DNA from: an uncultured Neomegalonema sp.
GTDB lineage: Bacteria > Pseudomonadota > Alphaproteobacteria > Rhodobacterales > Rhodobacteraceae
NCBI GenBank assembly: GCA_937911325.1
Contig: CALDSD010000093.1
Span: forward strand, 1-64,000
DNA length: 64,000 nucleotides
Direction: 5' to 3'
Every line of letters starts with the position of its first letter. Positions within the stretch are counted from its first letter, which is position 1. Position numbers and translations under genes: made by a program. Below are positions 41,038 to 50,372 of this stretch, piece after piece. The notes under the pieces were generated by a model. The model did not search any database. It saw only the letters and a list, made by a program, of their open reading frames with translations, and was not told the DNA's origin.

Positions 41038-42477
41038 ATGCAGGACACGGCGCATCAAAGCCCAAAGAACGAACCGAGTTTCCGCGAGTCCGTCGATCTG
41101 ATGTACGAGCGGGCGACAGGCTTTATGGATATCTCGCCCGGCCTGAAGCAAAAGATCCGCGTCTGCAACTCGACCTACACCGTCCGCTTTGGCGTGAAGC
41201 TCCGGGGCGAGATGCAGACCTTCACGGGATACCGCTCGGTCCATTCGGAACATGCCGAACCGGTGAAAGGCGGGATCCGCTATGCGCCGGACGTCAATCA
41301 AAACGAGGTCGAAGCGCTGGCCGCGCTGATGACCTACAAATGCGCGCTGGTCGAAGTGCCGTTTGGCGGCTCCAAGGGCGGTTTGGCGATCGATCCGCGC
41401 AAGTGGGAGCCCGACGAGTTGGAGCGGATCACCCGCCGGTTCGCCTACGAGCTGATCAAGCGCGACCTGATCAACCCGTCCCAGAACGTGCCGGCGCCGG
41501 ATATGGGCACCGGCGAACGGGAAATGGCGTGGATCGCCGACCAGTACAAACGAATGCACACGACGGATATCGACAGTCGCGCATGCGTGACGGGCAAACC
41601 GCTGGCGTCGGGCGGCATTCGCGGCCGCGTCGAAGCGACCGGCCGCGGCGTGCAATACGCGATCCGCGAGTTCTTTCGACACCCAGAGGACATCGCGGCC
41701 GCGCAACTGACGCCGTTCTTGCGCGGAAAGAAAGTCGTCGTGCAGGGGTTGGGCAACGTGGGGTACCACGCCGCGAAGTTCCTGCAGGAAGAGGATGACT
41801 GCCAGATCGTCGCCGTCATCGAACGCGACGGCGCCGTCATCAACGAGAACGGCGGCTTGGATATCGAAATCCTTAAGCGCCACATCGCCGAGACGGGCGG
41901 CGTCGCGGACTTCCCGCACGGCCAGCACATCGAAGACGGGGCTAAGGCGCTCGAACTGGATTGCGACATCCTCATCCCGGCGGCGCTTGAAGGCGTCATC
42001 CACGGCGAAAACGCAGATCGGATCAAGGCCCGCCTGATCGTGGAAGCGGCCAATGGCCCGGTTACGGCGACCGCCGACAAGACGCTTCGCGACAAGGGCG
42101 TGGTCATCATCCCGGATATGTACGCGAACGCTGGCGGCGTGACGGTGTCGTATTTTGAATGGGTCAAAAACCTCAGCCATATCCGCTTCGGTCGGATGCA
42201 GCGCCGGCAGGAAGAAGCGCGGCAGGAGCTGATCATCGAAGCGCTGGAGAAAATGACCGGAAACGCCTTCCCGGAGGAGCTGCGGAACGCGTTCGTGTCA
42301 GGCGCCGATGAGCTCACGCTGGTCCGGTCCGGTCTCGACGACACGATGCGCGGCGCATACGGACAGATGCGCGAGGTCTGGCGACGACGGGCGGCGGAGG
42401 GGGTTGATCTCAGAACAGCCGCCTATCTGATCGCCGTCGACCGCGTGCAACAAAGCTACGAGTCGTTGGGTCTTTAG
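41038..42477 (+). CDS. Glu/Leu/Phe/Val dehydrogenase (glutamate dehydrogenase-like)
   Basis: ATG at 41038 with an AAAGGAGG RBS. Carries the GGIRYAPDV and VPFGGSKGG motifs. Confidence 0.85.
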   Translation: MQDTAHQSPKNEPSFRESVDLMYERATGFMDISPGLKQKIRVCNSTYTVRFGVKLRGEMQTFTGYRSVHSEHAEPVKGGIRYAPDVNQNEVEALAALMTYKCALVEVPFGGSKGGLAIDPRKWEPDELERITRRFAYELIKRDLINPSQNVPAPDMGTGEREMAWIADQYKRMHTTDIDSRACVTGKPLASGGIRGRVEATGRGVQYAIREFFRHPEDIAAAQLTPFLRGKKVVVQGLGNVGYHAAKFLQEEDDCQIVAVIERDGAVINENGGLDIEILKRHIAETGGVADFPHGQHIEDGAKALELDCDILIPAALEGVIHGENADRIKARLIVEAANGPVTATADKTLRDKGVVIIPDMYANAGGVTVSYFEWVKNLSHIRFGRMQRRQEEARQELIIEALEKMTGNAFPEELRNAFVSGADELTLVRSGLDDTMRGAYGQMREVWRRRAAEGVDLRTAAYLIAVDRVQQSYESLGL

Positions 42478-42661
42478 CCGAAGAGCGGGGTCCGGCGACG
42501 CCGCGTTGCACTATCTCGGCGCTCTCGAGGGGGCGGTTTGGCTGTCAACGCGCGAAGTCTACCGAGCTGCTCGAAGGGGCCGATCACACAGTCAGCGTCC
42601 GCCTGGACGATCGGCTCGGCTGGCGCTGGCGATGCAGGCGTCGTCGCTCCGAACCCGTGGC

Positions 42662-42877
42662 TCAAGACCTGCCGCGCCGTCGAAACCACTCGTTGGCGAC
42701 GTCTCCCATCGTCTTCTCCGAACCGTCCTTGATCCACTGCATGAAGGGTCGGTCAAAAGCGAAGTCCGGACCGCACTCCGCCTTCAAGAAACGGCGGACG
42801 TTCTGCGTGCTTTTATAGTCTTGGGTGACCGGCGTGTCTCGCGAGATGACGCCACTGTGCCAATCGAACTTTGTCAT
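42662..42877 (-). CDS. small conserved hypothetical protein (71 aa)
   Basis: ATG at 42877 with a GAGGG RBS. The protein-like C-terminal segment of the long ORF 42662..43474 is MTKFDWHSG...FMQWIKDGSEKTMGDVANEWFRRRGRS. The rest of that ORF overlaps a real + strand gene. Confidence 0.45.
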   Translation of the reverse strand: MTKFDWHSGVISRDTPVTQDYKSTQNVRRFLKAECGPDFAFDRPFMQWIKDGSEKTMGDVANEWFRRRGRS

Positions 42878-43066
42878 TGAACAATCCCTCAAGGGCGAAA
42901 GCGGTCGATCCTCCCGATCCGGCGCAGGAGCGGACACCGTTATACACGGCCTGCAGCCGCGGCGTGAGGAGGACCTGATGCAAGGCTTCCTGCGCGGGGT
43001 TATTTCTGTGCTTCGCGCGCTTTCAGCGGATGGCCCGCCAAGTAACGATCTGCCAAGGTGGCTGGC

Positions 43067-43759
43067 ATGCTGACCGAGAACCTGATGCGTGAACTTACGG
43101 CGCCGCCAAACTCGAATGATGGCGATCACCGGCGCGACGCGCCCGCCTTCCATCGCAACGGAATCCCGATCCTCGACGCGCTTTCGAAACGCTTGTCGCA
43201 ACTCGACGGACATCTGCTCGAAATCGGCAGTGGGTCGGGCCAGCATACCGCATTGCTCGCGAAACACTTTCCCCGGTTGACGTTCTGGCCCAGCGATCCC
43301 AACCCTGACCATCGCGCGAGCGTTGACGCATGGCGCGCATATCTCGGCCTGGAGAACGTGCGTCCTGCTGCCGATCTCGACGTCCGCACGAAGCGTTGGG
43401 AGCTGGGGACCGAGACAGCGAGTCGCCGGTTCGACATCCGGTTCGACGCCATCCTGAGCGCCAACGTCATTCACATCGCTCCGTGGTCGGTCGCTGAAGG
43501 TCTATTTCTGGGAGGCGCAAAGCGGCTCGCGCCGGGTGGGTTTCTCGCGCTTTACGGCCCGTTTCGCTGGCGCGGCGTCCACGTGTCGAGCAGCAACCAG
43601 GCTTTCGACGAACGTCTGCGCGCGCGCGACCCGGCATGGGGCGTACGTGATATCGAAGATGTGGATCAGCTGGCGACGTCGCATCAGCTTGCGCGGATCG
43701 AGACGATTGCGATGCCGGCGAACAATCATCTGCTCGTTTTTTCACAGGAAGAGGGGTGA
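43067..43759 (+). CDS. DUF938-type class I SAM-dependent methyltransferase
   Basis: LEIGSGSGQH SAM motif and ANVIHIAPW...LYGPF, typical of DUF938. ATG at 43067 with an AAGGTGG RBS. Confidence 0.7.
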   Translation: MLTENLMRELTAPPNSNDGDHRRDAPAFHRNGIPILDALSKRLSQLDGHLLEIGSGSGQHTALLAKHFPRLTFWPSDPNPDHRASVDAWRAYLGLENVRPAADLDVRTKRWELGTETASRRFDIRFDAILSANVIHIAPWSVAEGLFLGGAKRLAPGGFLALYGPFRWRGVHVSSSNQAFDERLRARDPAWGVRDIEDVDQLATSHQLARIETIAMPANNHLLVFSQEEG

Positions 43760-43806
43760 GCTTCTGGCGGTCTGCGCGGCCCGCTGAGACAAGTCCTCGG
43801 TCTCGT

Positions 43807-43836
43807 CCACGATCGAGATCCAGATCTCGATCGTGG
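43807..43836. terminator. perfect 13-bp-stem hairpin between convergent genes (possible bidirectional terminator or protein-binding palindrome)
   Basis: CCACGATCGAGAT-ccag-ATCTCGATCGTGG with four GATC sites. No U-tract. Confidence 0.35.
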
Positions 43837-43983
43837 CGCATGCCGTTCCAATGGCCACCAGGACCATAGCGTGCGCCGAGGCGGGGCTCGAGTCCGGCCA
43901 GTTCAGATGTGGCGACGAAGGCTCTGGCAAGTCGAGGTTCCACCATCGGCCGAACAGGCGACGATCTCCGCTGCCGCGTCCGA

Positions 43984-44772
43984 TCACATGCTCCGAAGAA
44001 GTTGTCCGAAACCCTCTAGACGGTCGGCCACGCCGCCCAGACGCAGACAATCCCAGAGCATCGCCTGGTTGCTGCAGACGACCGGCTTTCCCAAGCGCCG
44101 TTCGATCTCGTCGACAACCTCGATCGTCCGAAGCGCCCCGCAGCTGATCACGACGGCGTCCGCCTCCGGCCGGTCGATCGCCTCTGCAAACTCGATCAGA
44201 TACTCGGGCGCCACGCGGATCATCTCGGTGTCGAAATTCAACTGAAGGCCCTGAATGTCGAGAATGTCGAAACCGGCCTGGCGAAAGAATTCCGCGACGT
44301 TCGCATTGAGTTCGTCGACATACGGCGTCCCGATAACGATCCGTTTCGCGCCGAGCGCTGCGAGGCCCTTGCGCACCGCGCCGGCGAGCGTCGTCGCCTT
44401 GGCGCCCGGGTGCCCTCGCTCGAGTTCGGCGACGGCCGCTTGCTCGCCAACTGCGACGGTCCCCGAGGTACAGGCGAAACAGACGACGTCGAGGCGGTCG
44501 TCCGGCAAGATCCGTGACGCCGTATCCGCAAGGCTCCCGCGCAATTGAGCCAGGCTTTGGGTCGAGATCTCACGCGGCATTGTCGCGCGCTGGAAGTAGA
44601 CGCCGACGCCCCGAGGCGCATAGCGGATCATTTCCTCCTCGATCGTTTGTTCGTTGGGGATCAGCACGAAGCCGATCTTCGCTCGCGCGTTCCGGCCGCC
44701 GTCGAAGCGAGGAACCCACTTGCGTGATCGAACGATCGAGGCGCTCGCCGGTTCCCGATTAAAATCATCCAT
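43984..44772 (-). CDS. Asp/Glu/hydantoin racemase superfamily protein (maleate isomerase/arylmalonate decarboxylase/EutA-like)
   Basis: 262 aa with paired Cys-containing motifs (VVCFACTSGT, VVISCGALRT) as in the Asp/Glu racemase family. Confidence 0.75.
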   Translation of the reverse strand: MDDFNREPASASIVRSRKWVPRFDGGRNARAKIGFVLIPNEQTIEEEMIRYAPRGVGVYFQRATMPREISTQSLAQLRGSLADTASRILPDDRLDVVCFACTSGTVAVGEQAAVAELERGHPGAKATTLAGAVRKGLAALGAKRIVIGTPYVDELNANVAEFFRQAGFDILDIQGLQLNFDTEMIRVAPEYLIEFAEAIDRPEADAVVISCGALRTIEVVDEIERRLGKPVVCSNQAMLWDCLRLGGVADRLEGFGQLLRSM

Positions 44773-44960
44773 GGCTTGTCCTCAGGCTCAGCAAACCCAC
44801 TGAATCTCATGTTGTATGCAACATGACGCTGCCGCAATGCTGAGAGCGCTGGTTTTGGGCCAGCTTGAGGGCAAGCCTCGCCCCAGATGCGTACATCTTT
44901 GGACGTTCTTGGCGCCCACTTGCTTGCTCCGAGCCGCGTGATCAAGTTTGCGAGGACGAT

Positions 44961-46121
44961 ATGAGCACGACTGAGGACGTCTTCCCACCAACGGAACTTA
45001 AGACAAGGCTCGCAGCCGTGCGCAGTCGAATGGCCGAACAGGAACTCGACGGGCTGGTGATCAGCGCGCCCGAGAACATCTACTATCTCACAGGGCTCGA
45101 TCACTGGGGGTTCTTCGCCTGCCATCTACTGATCGTTCCGCGGGATGGAGATCTGGTCCTGACCGGTCGCGCGATCGAGCGCATCACCTTTGACAATCAG
45201 GTCAGGAACGCACGGTTCGAGGGTCACGCCGACCATGAGGACGTCGTCGACTATGCGGTGCGCATTCTGGCGGAGCTTGGTTTGTCGGGTGGACGGCTCG
45301 GTATCGAAAAGCGTAGTCTGTTCCTGACCCCGCGGATCGCAGAAGGGATCCAGGCCCGGGAAAACGGGGCAGATTGGCGCGACGCCTCTGGCTTGGTCGA
45401 CGCCCTTCGACTTGTGAAGTCGCCGTTGGAGATGTCCTACACGCGCAAGGCTGCGAAAGCCGCCGACGCTGGAACCCTCGCAGCGATCGAGGCGGTCCGC
45501 GACGGTGCGAGCGACTACGAAATCGCAGCCGAATGCCATCGTGCGATGATCCTGGCCGGCAGCGAGTATCCCGGTTTTGGACCCTTCATCCGGCCGACGT
45601 CGCGTCTGGGTGAGGAGCACACGACATGGCGTGGGGACGCCTTCCATGACGGCGATGCGATGTTCCTCGAGATCGCCGCCGCCTACCGCAAGTATCAAGC
45701 TCCGATGGGACGTCTCGTTTATGTCGGCCGCGCGCCAGACGGCGCGGAGAAGTCGGCTGAGATGGCGAGGGACGGAATGAAGGCGATCTGTGGCGCGCTA
45801 CGACCAGGGGTCAAAGCCGGCGACGTCTACGCGGCTTGGCGCGAGGTCGTGCGGGCGGCGGGGCTCGCCAACTACGATCGGCACCATTGCGGATATCTGG
45901 TCAGCATTGGCTTTCCACCGAGTTGGACGGGCGGCAGCATGGTCACCGGGCTCGCGCCGGGGTCTCAGATGGCGCTCGAGACCGGCATGACGTTTCACGC
46001 GCAATCGTGGTTCACCGACACCGACTGCGTCGACTACTTCATTTCCAACACTGTTCTTCTGGGCGAAGAGGGCGCGGAGATCCTCACGCATGAAACGCCA
46101 GAGACGCTGATCGTTCGCTGA
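44961..46121 (+). CDS. M24 family metallohydrolase (creatinase/Xaa-Pro aminopeptidase/ectoine hydrolase-like)
   Basis: Creatinase-type N-domain plus a pita-bread C-domain with conserved His/Asp/Glu metal ligands. ATG at 44961. Confidence 0.8.
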   Translation: MSTTEDVFPPTELKTRLAAVRSRMAEQELDGLVISAPENIYYLTGLDHWGFFACHLLIVPRDGDLVLTGRAIERITFDNQVRNARFEGHADHEDVVDYAVRILAELGLSGGRLGIEKRSLFLTPRIAEGIQARENGADWRDASGLVDALRLVKSPLEMSYTRKAAKAADAGTLAAIEAVRDGASDYEIAAECHRAMILAGSEYPGFGPFIRPTSRLGEEHTTWRGDAFHDGDAMFLEIAAAYRKYQAPMGRLVYVGRAPDGAEKSAEMARDGMKAICGALRPGVKAGDVYAAWREVVRAAGLANYDRHHCGYLVSIGFPPSWTGGSMVTGLAPGSQMALETGMTFHAQSWFTDTDCVDYFISNTVLLGEEGAEILTHETPETLIVR

Positions 46122-46556
46122 TCGGGCGCACCAAGAAACGAGCGACCAGCGAAACGCATCAAGGCGTCTGCGAACACCGCGCCGCCGATGCCGGGCGGGA
46201 TGGAGTGTCAGAGGAGTTCGTCGCCCCTAGAACGGGTGTCGTGACGGGTTTTCGGGATCTGTTGGAGACGATTGAGACGCTGAGAAAGATCGACGGCGTA
46301 TCTCAGCCCGTGCGACGACGTGATCAGGCGGAGAGGCCGCGCGAGCAAATCGGGATGCAAACCGGAATGTCGGAAAGTTTTTGAGTTTGGTCGCTCTGGG
46401 TTTGAAAATTTCCTGAATCGCGGGTGGATCGAGGGAAACTAACGTGCTTCCATGCACTTGGTTCGCAGATGACGTTTGAGAGTTGGGACAAGAGCCAAGG
46501 GGGCGGCGCCCGCCAAACCGCTGCGGCAAAAATCAGAACGACTGGGAGACGACACG

Positions 46557-48158
46557 ATGAAGAAAGATCAAGCCCTTATTGATCGACTAGCGGAAGAGGC
46601 TCGAAAGGGCCGCATCTCTCGCCGGAATTTCATGCATTACTCGCTCGCCGCTGGCCTGACAGCCAGCTCTGCGACGGGATTGTGGACGACGACCGCGATG
46701 GCGCAACCAAAGCCTGGCGGCGTCTTCCGCCTTGGCGCGCATGACGGCAACACGTCCGACACCCATGACCCGGGCACCTATCTCAGCTTCTCGGTGATTC
46801 AGCTGGCGCACACGTATCGCGCGTATCTGACGTTGATTGAACCAGACGGAAGCAACGGTCCAGACGTGGCCACGGAATGGTCGGCGACGCCGGACGCGAA
46901 AGAGTGGACGTTTAAGCTAAACGAGCGGGCGACCTTCCATTCCGGCGGTAAAGTTACGGCCAACGACGTGATCGCGTCGATGAACCATCACCGCGGCGAA
47001 GACTCGACGTCGGCAGCCAAGGCGTTGTTGAAGGATGTCGAGGACATCGTCGACAACGGCGACAACTCGGTCACCTTCAAGCTTGGGTCGTCGAACGCTG
47101 ACCTGCCATGGCTGATGACGGATTATCACCTGCCGATCTGCCCGGCGAACGCCGACGGCTCGTTGAATTGGCAGTCGGGCGACGGTTGTGGCCCCTACAA
47201 GCTCGTCGAAGCTGAGTTCGGCGTCGGCTTCCGCCTGGTCCGTCACGAAGATTGGCACCTGGAAGGCGCCTACTTCGATGAAATCGTCATCCAGGTCCTG
47301 AACGATCCGAACGCTCGTCAGACCGCCCTGGTGACCGGAGACGTGGACGCGATCACGCAGCTCGAACTGAAGACGCTCGCGCTGCTGCAGCGCAATCCGC
47401 AGATCGCGATTGATAACGTGCCGTCCGCAGCGGCGATTACAATGCCGATGTTCTGCGACACCGCACCGTTCGACAATGTCGACGTGCGCAATGCGCTGAA
47501 ACTGTCGATCGATCGCCAGGAGATTATCGACAAAATCGCGTTTGGCACCGCCACGATGGGCAATGACTTCCATCATTCGCCAGCCATGCCTTACTGGCCG
47601 GATGATCTGGAGCAGACCCCGTACGACCCTGATCAGGCGAAAGCGCTGCTCAAGAAAGCAGGGGCTGAGGGGCTGAGCGTCGATCTCAGCGTCGCGGACT
47701 CGGTTTTCTCTGGGGCGGTCGACCTTTGCGTTCTCTACGCCGAGCACGCCAAGGCCGCGGGCATCAACATCAACGTCATCCGCGAGCCGAACGACGGCTA
47801 CTACTCGGATGTCTGGCTGAAAAAACCTTGGTGCGCGGTGCAGTGGGGCGCCCGCCCGACGCCAGACGTGATGTACTCGTTGGCCTACAAGGACGACGCC
47901 GCGTGGAACGAAAGCCGCTGGCAGAACGCTCGGTTCAACGAACTGCTTCGGACCGCCAAGGCCGAGCTCGACGATGCAAAGCGCGCCGAGATGTACCGCG
48001 AAATGGCGATCCTCGCGAAAGACGATGGCGGGACGGTCATCCCGATGTTCCCGAACTTCGTCTACGCGCGCCGCTCGAATGTCATGCACGGCGAGCAACT
48101 CGCCGCCAGCTGGCAGATGGACGGCGCACGCGCGTGCAGCCGCTGGTGGTTCGGCTAA
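46557..48158 (+). CDS. ABC transporter substrate-binding protein (family 5)
   Basis: Tat-like RRNFMH motif and an SBP_bac_5 body. ATG at 46557 with a GGGAGA RBS. Confidence 0.85.
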   Translation: MKKDQALIDRLAEEARKGRISRRNFMHYSLAAGLTASSATGLWTTTAMAQPKPGGVFRLGAHDGNTSDTHDPGTYLSFSVIQLAHTYRAYLTLIEPDGSNGPDVATEWSATPDAKEWTFKLNERATFHSGGKVTANDVIASMNHHRGEDSTSAAKALLKDVEDIVDNGDNSVTFKLGSSNADLPWLMTDYHLPICPANADGSLNWQSGDGCGPYKLVEAEFGVGFRLVRHEDWHLEGAYFDEIVIQVLNDPNARQTALVTGDVDAITQLELKTLALLQRNPQIAIDNVPSAAAITMPMFCDTAPFDNVDVRNALKLSIDRQEIIDKIAFGTATMGNDFHHSPAMPYWPDDLEQTPYDPDQAKALLKKAGAEGLSVDLSVADSVFSGAVDLCVLYAEHAKAAGININVIREPNDGYYSDVWLKKPWCAVQWGARPTPDVMYSLAYKDDAAWNESRWQNARFNELLRTAKAELDDAKRAEMYREMAILAKDDGGTVIPMFPNFVYARRSNVMHGEQLAASWQMDGARACSRWWFG

Positions 48159-48336
48159 TCGCGCAGCCGCATTGCACCCAGCCTGCGCTGGCTGGATGAA
48201 AACTCGGGGCGCCTCCGATGCGAGGCGCCCCCACATACGAACCGAAGACACACGAACACTATAAAAATCAACGTGTTGGACGGTTCAGAAAAAAAGGGTC
48301 AGGCAGGAAGCGGCCCTGAGCGGAGGAGTTCTTCAA

Positions 48337-49293
48337 ATGGGGACGCTACTGTTCCTAATCGCCAAGCGGCTATTCCTCGGATTGCTGACGCTGCTGGTGA
48401 TTTCGGTGATTATTTTCTTCATGGTCGAGCTGCTGCCGGGCGATATCGCCGAGGCCGTGCTTGGGATGGGCGCGACGGAGGAGAACCTCGCCGCTCTGCG
48501 TAAGCAGATGGGTTTGGATCAACCCGCCCCTGTAAGATACCTCAATTGGCTGTCCGGCGCCGTCGTGGGCGACTTTGGCACGTCTTTGATTTCAGGCGAG
48601 CGCGTCACGACGATCATCGGCCAGAGGTTCATGAACACGCTGTTCCTCGCGGCTTACGCGGCTGTGATCGCAGTGCCCTTCGCGATCACCCTCGGCGTGA
48701 TCGTCGCTCTGCTGCGCAACACGCTTTTCGACCGGGTGGCCAACGTCGTGACCTTGACGTCGATTTCGAGCCCAGAGTTCTTCCTCGGCTACATTCTGAT
48801 CCTCTACTTCTCCGTGCAAACGGGCATGTTCCCGGCGATCTCCAGCCTGAACGCGGATATGACGTTCCTGGAGCTGCTCCACCGGACATTCCTGCCGGCG
48901 CTGACGCTGGTGCTCGTTGTCACCGCGCATATGATGCGGATGACGCGCGCGGCGATCATCAACCTGCTGGCCTCGCCTTACATCGAGATGGCGCGGCTCA
49001 AGGGGATGCCGCCGTGGAAGGTGATTGTGAAGCACGCCCTGCCGAACGCGTGGGCTCCGATCATCAACGTGGTGGCGCTGAACCTCGCCTACCTGATCAC
49101 CGGCGTCGTGCTGGTCGAGGTGGTGTTCGTCTACCCAGGGATCGGCCAATCGCTTGTCGATGCCGTGTCAAAGCGTGACTTCCCGGTCGTTCAGGCCTGT
49201 TGTTTGATCTTCGCTGCGACGTTCATCTTGCTGAACATAGCGGCGGATGTCGGCGCAATTCTCACCAACCCGCGCTTGCGGCATCCGAAATAG
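48337..49293 (+). CDS. ABC transporter permease (DppB/OppB-like)
   Basis: 318 aa with 6 TM segments and a BPD_transp_1 EAA-like loop. Confidence 0.85.
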   Translation: MGTLLFLIAKRLFLGLLTLLVISVIIFFMVELLPGDIAEAVLGMGATEENLAALRKQMGLDQPAPVRYLNWLSGAVVGDFGTSLISGERVTTIIGQRFMNTLFLAAYAAVIAVPFAITLGVIVALLRNTLFDRVANVVTLTSISSPEFFLGYILILYFSVQTGMFPAISSLNADMTFLELLHRTFLPALTLVLVVTAHMMRMTRAAIINLLASPYIEMARLKGMPPWKVIVKHALPNAWAPIINVVALNLAYLITGVVLVEVVFVYPGIGQSLVDAVSKRDFPVVQACCLIFAATFILLNIAADVGAILTNPRLRHPK

Positions 49294-49305
49294 GGGGGCG
49301 ATAGA

Positions 49306-50367
49306 ATGAGTGAGTTCGTCATCATCTACTTCGCCCTGCTGGTCATAGCCTCGTGCGGGGCTGCGTATTATGGTCAGCGGCCGGCGTTTCTTACGCTCTT
49401 TTCTCTGACGTTGGTCTCCTTCGTGTTGGGGATCGTCGGCGGCGTGTCGGCGCTCCAGTTCGTGGCGATTGCGGCTGGCTTGTTGGCTTTCGCGGCGGGT
49501 ATCTCCTACTCGTTCCGCGAGTTCCTCGTCGCGATCACCAAGGGCAACCTGTCGAAGGAGCTAAAGACGGCGCCGTTGACGGCGGCGTTTGGCATGTTTG
49601 TCATTTTCACCTACGCGATTGCGGGCATTTTCGCGCCGTTCATCGCCCCTTATGGCGAGGCGGAGGTGATTGCGGCGGCGTTTGCACCAGCGGACGAGAA
49701 CATGCTGCTCGGCGCTGACCAGCTCGGCCGCGACATGTTTAGCCGCCTGATCTATGGCGCGCGAAACACGGTCGGCCTCGCCCTTGTCGCGACAAGCGCC
49801 GCATTCTTCATGGGGGCGACCGCGGGTCTTCTCGCAGCGACAAAAGGCGGCTGGTTCGATCAGTTCATGGGCCGTTTCGCCGATGTCGTCATGTCGATCC
49901 CGTCCCTGATTTTCGCGCTGCTGATGCTGTCGATCTTTGGTCCGGAGATCCACGTGATCATCATCGCGGTGGCGATCATCTATGCGCCAAGGGTCTTCCG
50001 TCTGACCCGCGCCGTCGCCGGCAACGTCGTCGTGATGGACTACATTGAGGCCGCCAAGCTGCGCGGAGAAGGAACCGGGTATCTCATCCGCAGGGAGATC
50101 CTGCCGAACGCGACCGCGCCTTTGGTCGCCGAGTTCGGCTTGGAGTTCTGCTTCGTGTTCCTGTTGGTCGCCGGGCTGTCGTTCCTCGGACTTGGCATCC
50201 AGCCGCCCACAGCGGACTGGGGCTCGATGGTGCGCGAGAACGCAACCCTCATTTCGTTCGGCGTCGTCACGCCGCTCATCCCAGCCGCGGCGATCGCTCT
50301 TCTGACGGTCGCCGTCAACTTCGTCGTTGACTGGATGCTGTTCCGTTCATCCGGCCTGAAGGAGTAA
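49306..50367 (+). CDS. ABC transporter permease (DppC/OppC-like)
   Basis: 353 aa with an extra N-terminal TM region and a permease core. Confidence 0.8.
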   Translation: MSEFVIIYFALLVIASCGAAYYGQRPAFLTLFSLTLVSFVLGIVGGVSALQFVAIAAGLLAFAAGISYSFREFLVAITKGNLSKELKTAPLTAAFGMFVIFTYAIAGIFAPFIAPYGEAEVIAAAFAPADENMLLGADQLGRDMFSRLIYGARNTVGLALVATSAAFFMGATAGLLAATKGGWFDQFMGRFADVVMSIPSLIFALLMLSIFGPEIHVIIIAVAIIYAPRVFRLTRAVAGNVVVMDYIEAAKLRGEGTGYLIRREILPNATAPLVAEFGLEFCFVFLLVAGLSFLGLGIQPPTADWGSMVRENATLISFGVVTPLIPAAAIALLTVAVNFVVDWMLFRSSGLKE

Positions 50368-50372
50368 TCGCC

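Noticed and set aside
42662-43474. 270-aa minus-strand ORF overlapping the DUF938 methyltransferase
   Set aside because: Only the C-terminal 71 codons (42662..42877) are protein-like and have an RBS. The remainder overlaps a confidently identified + strand gene.
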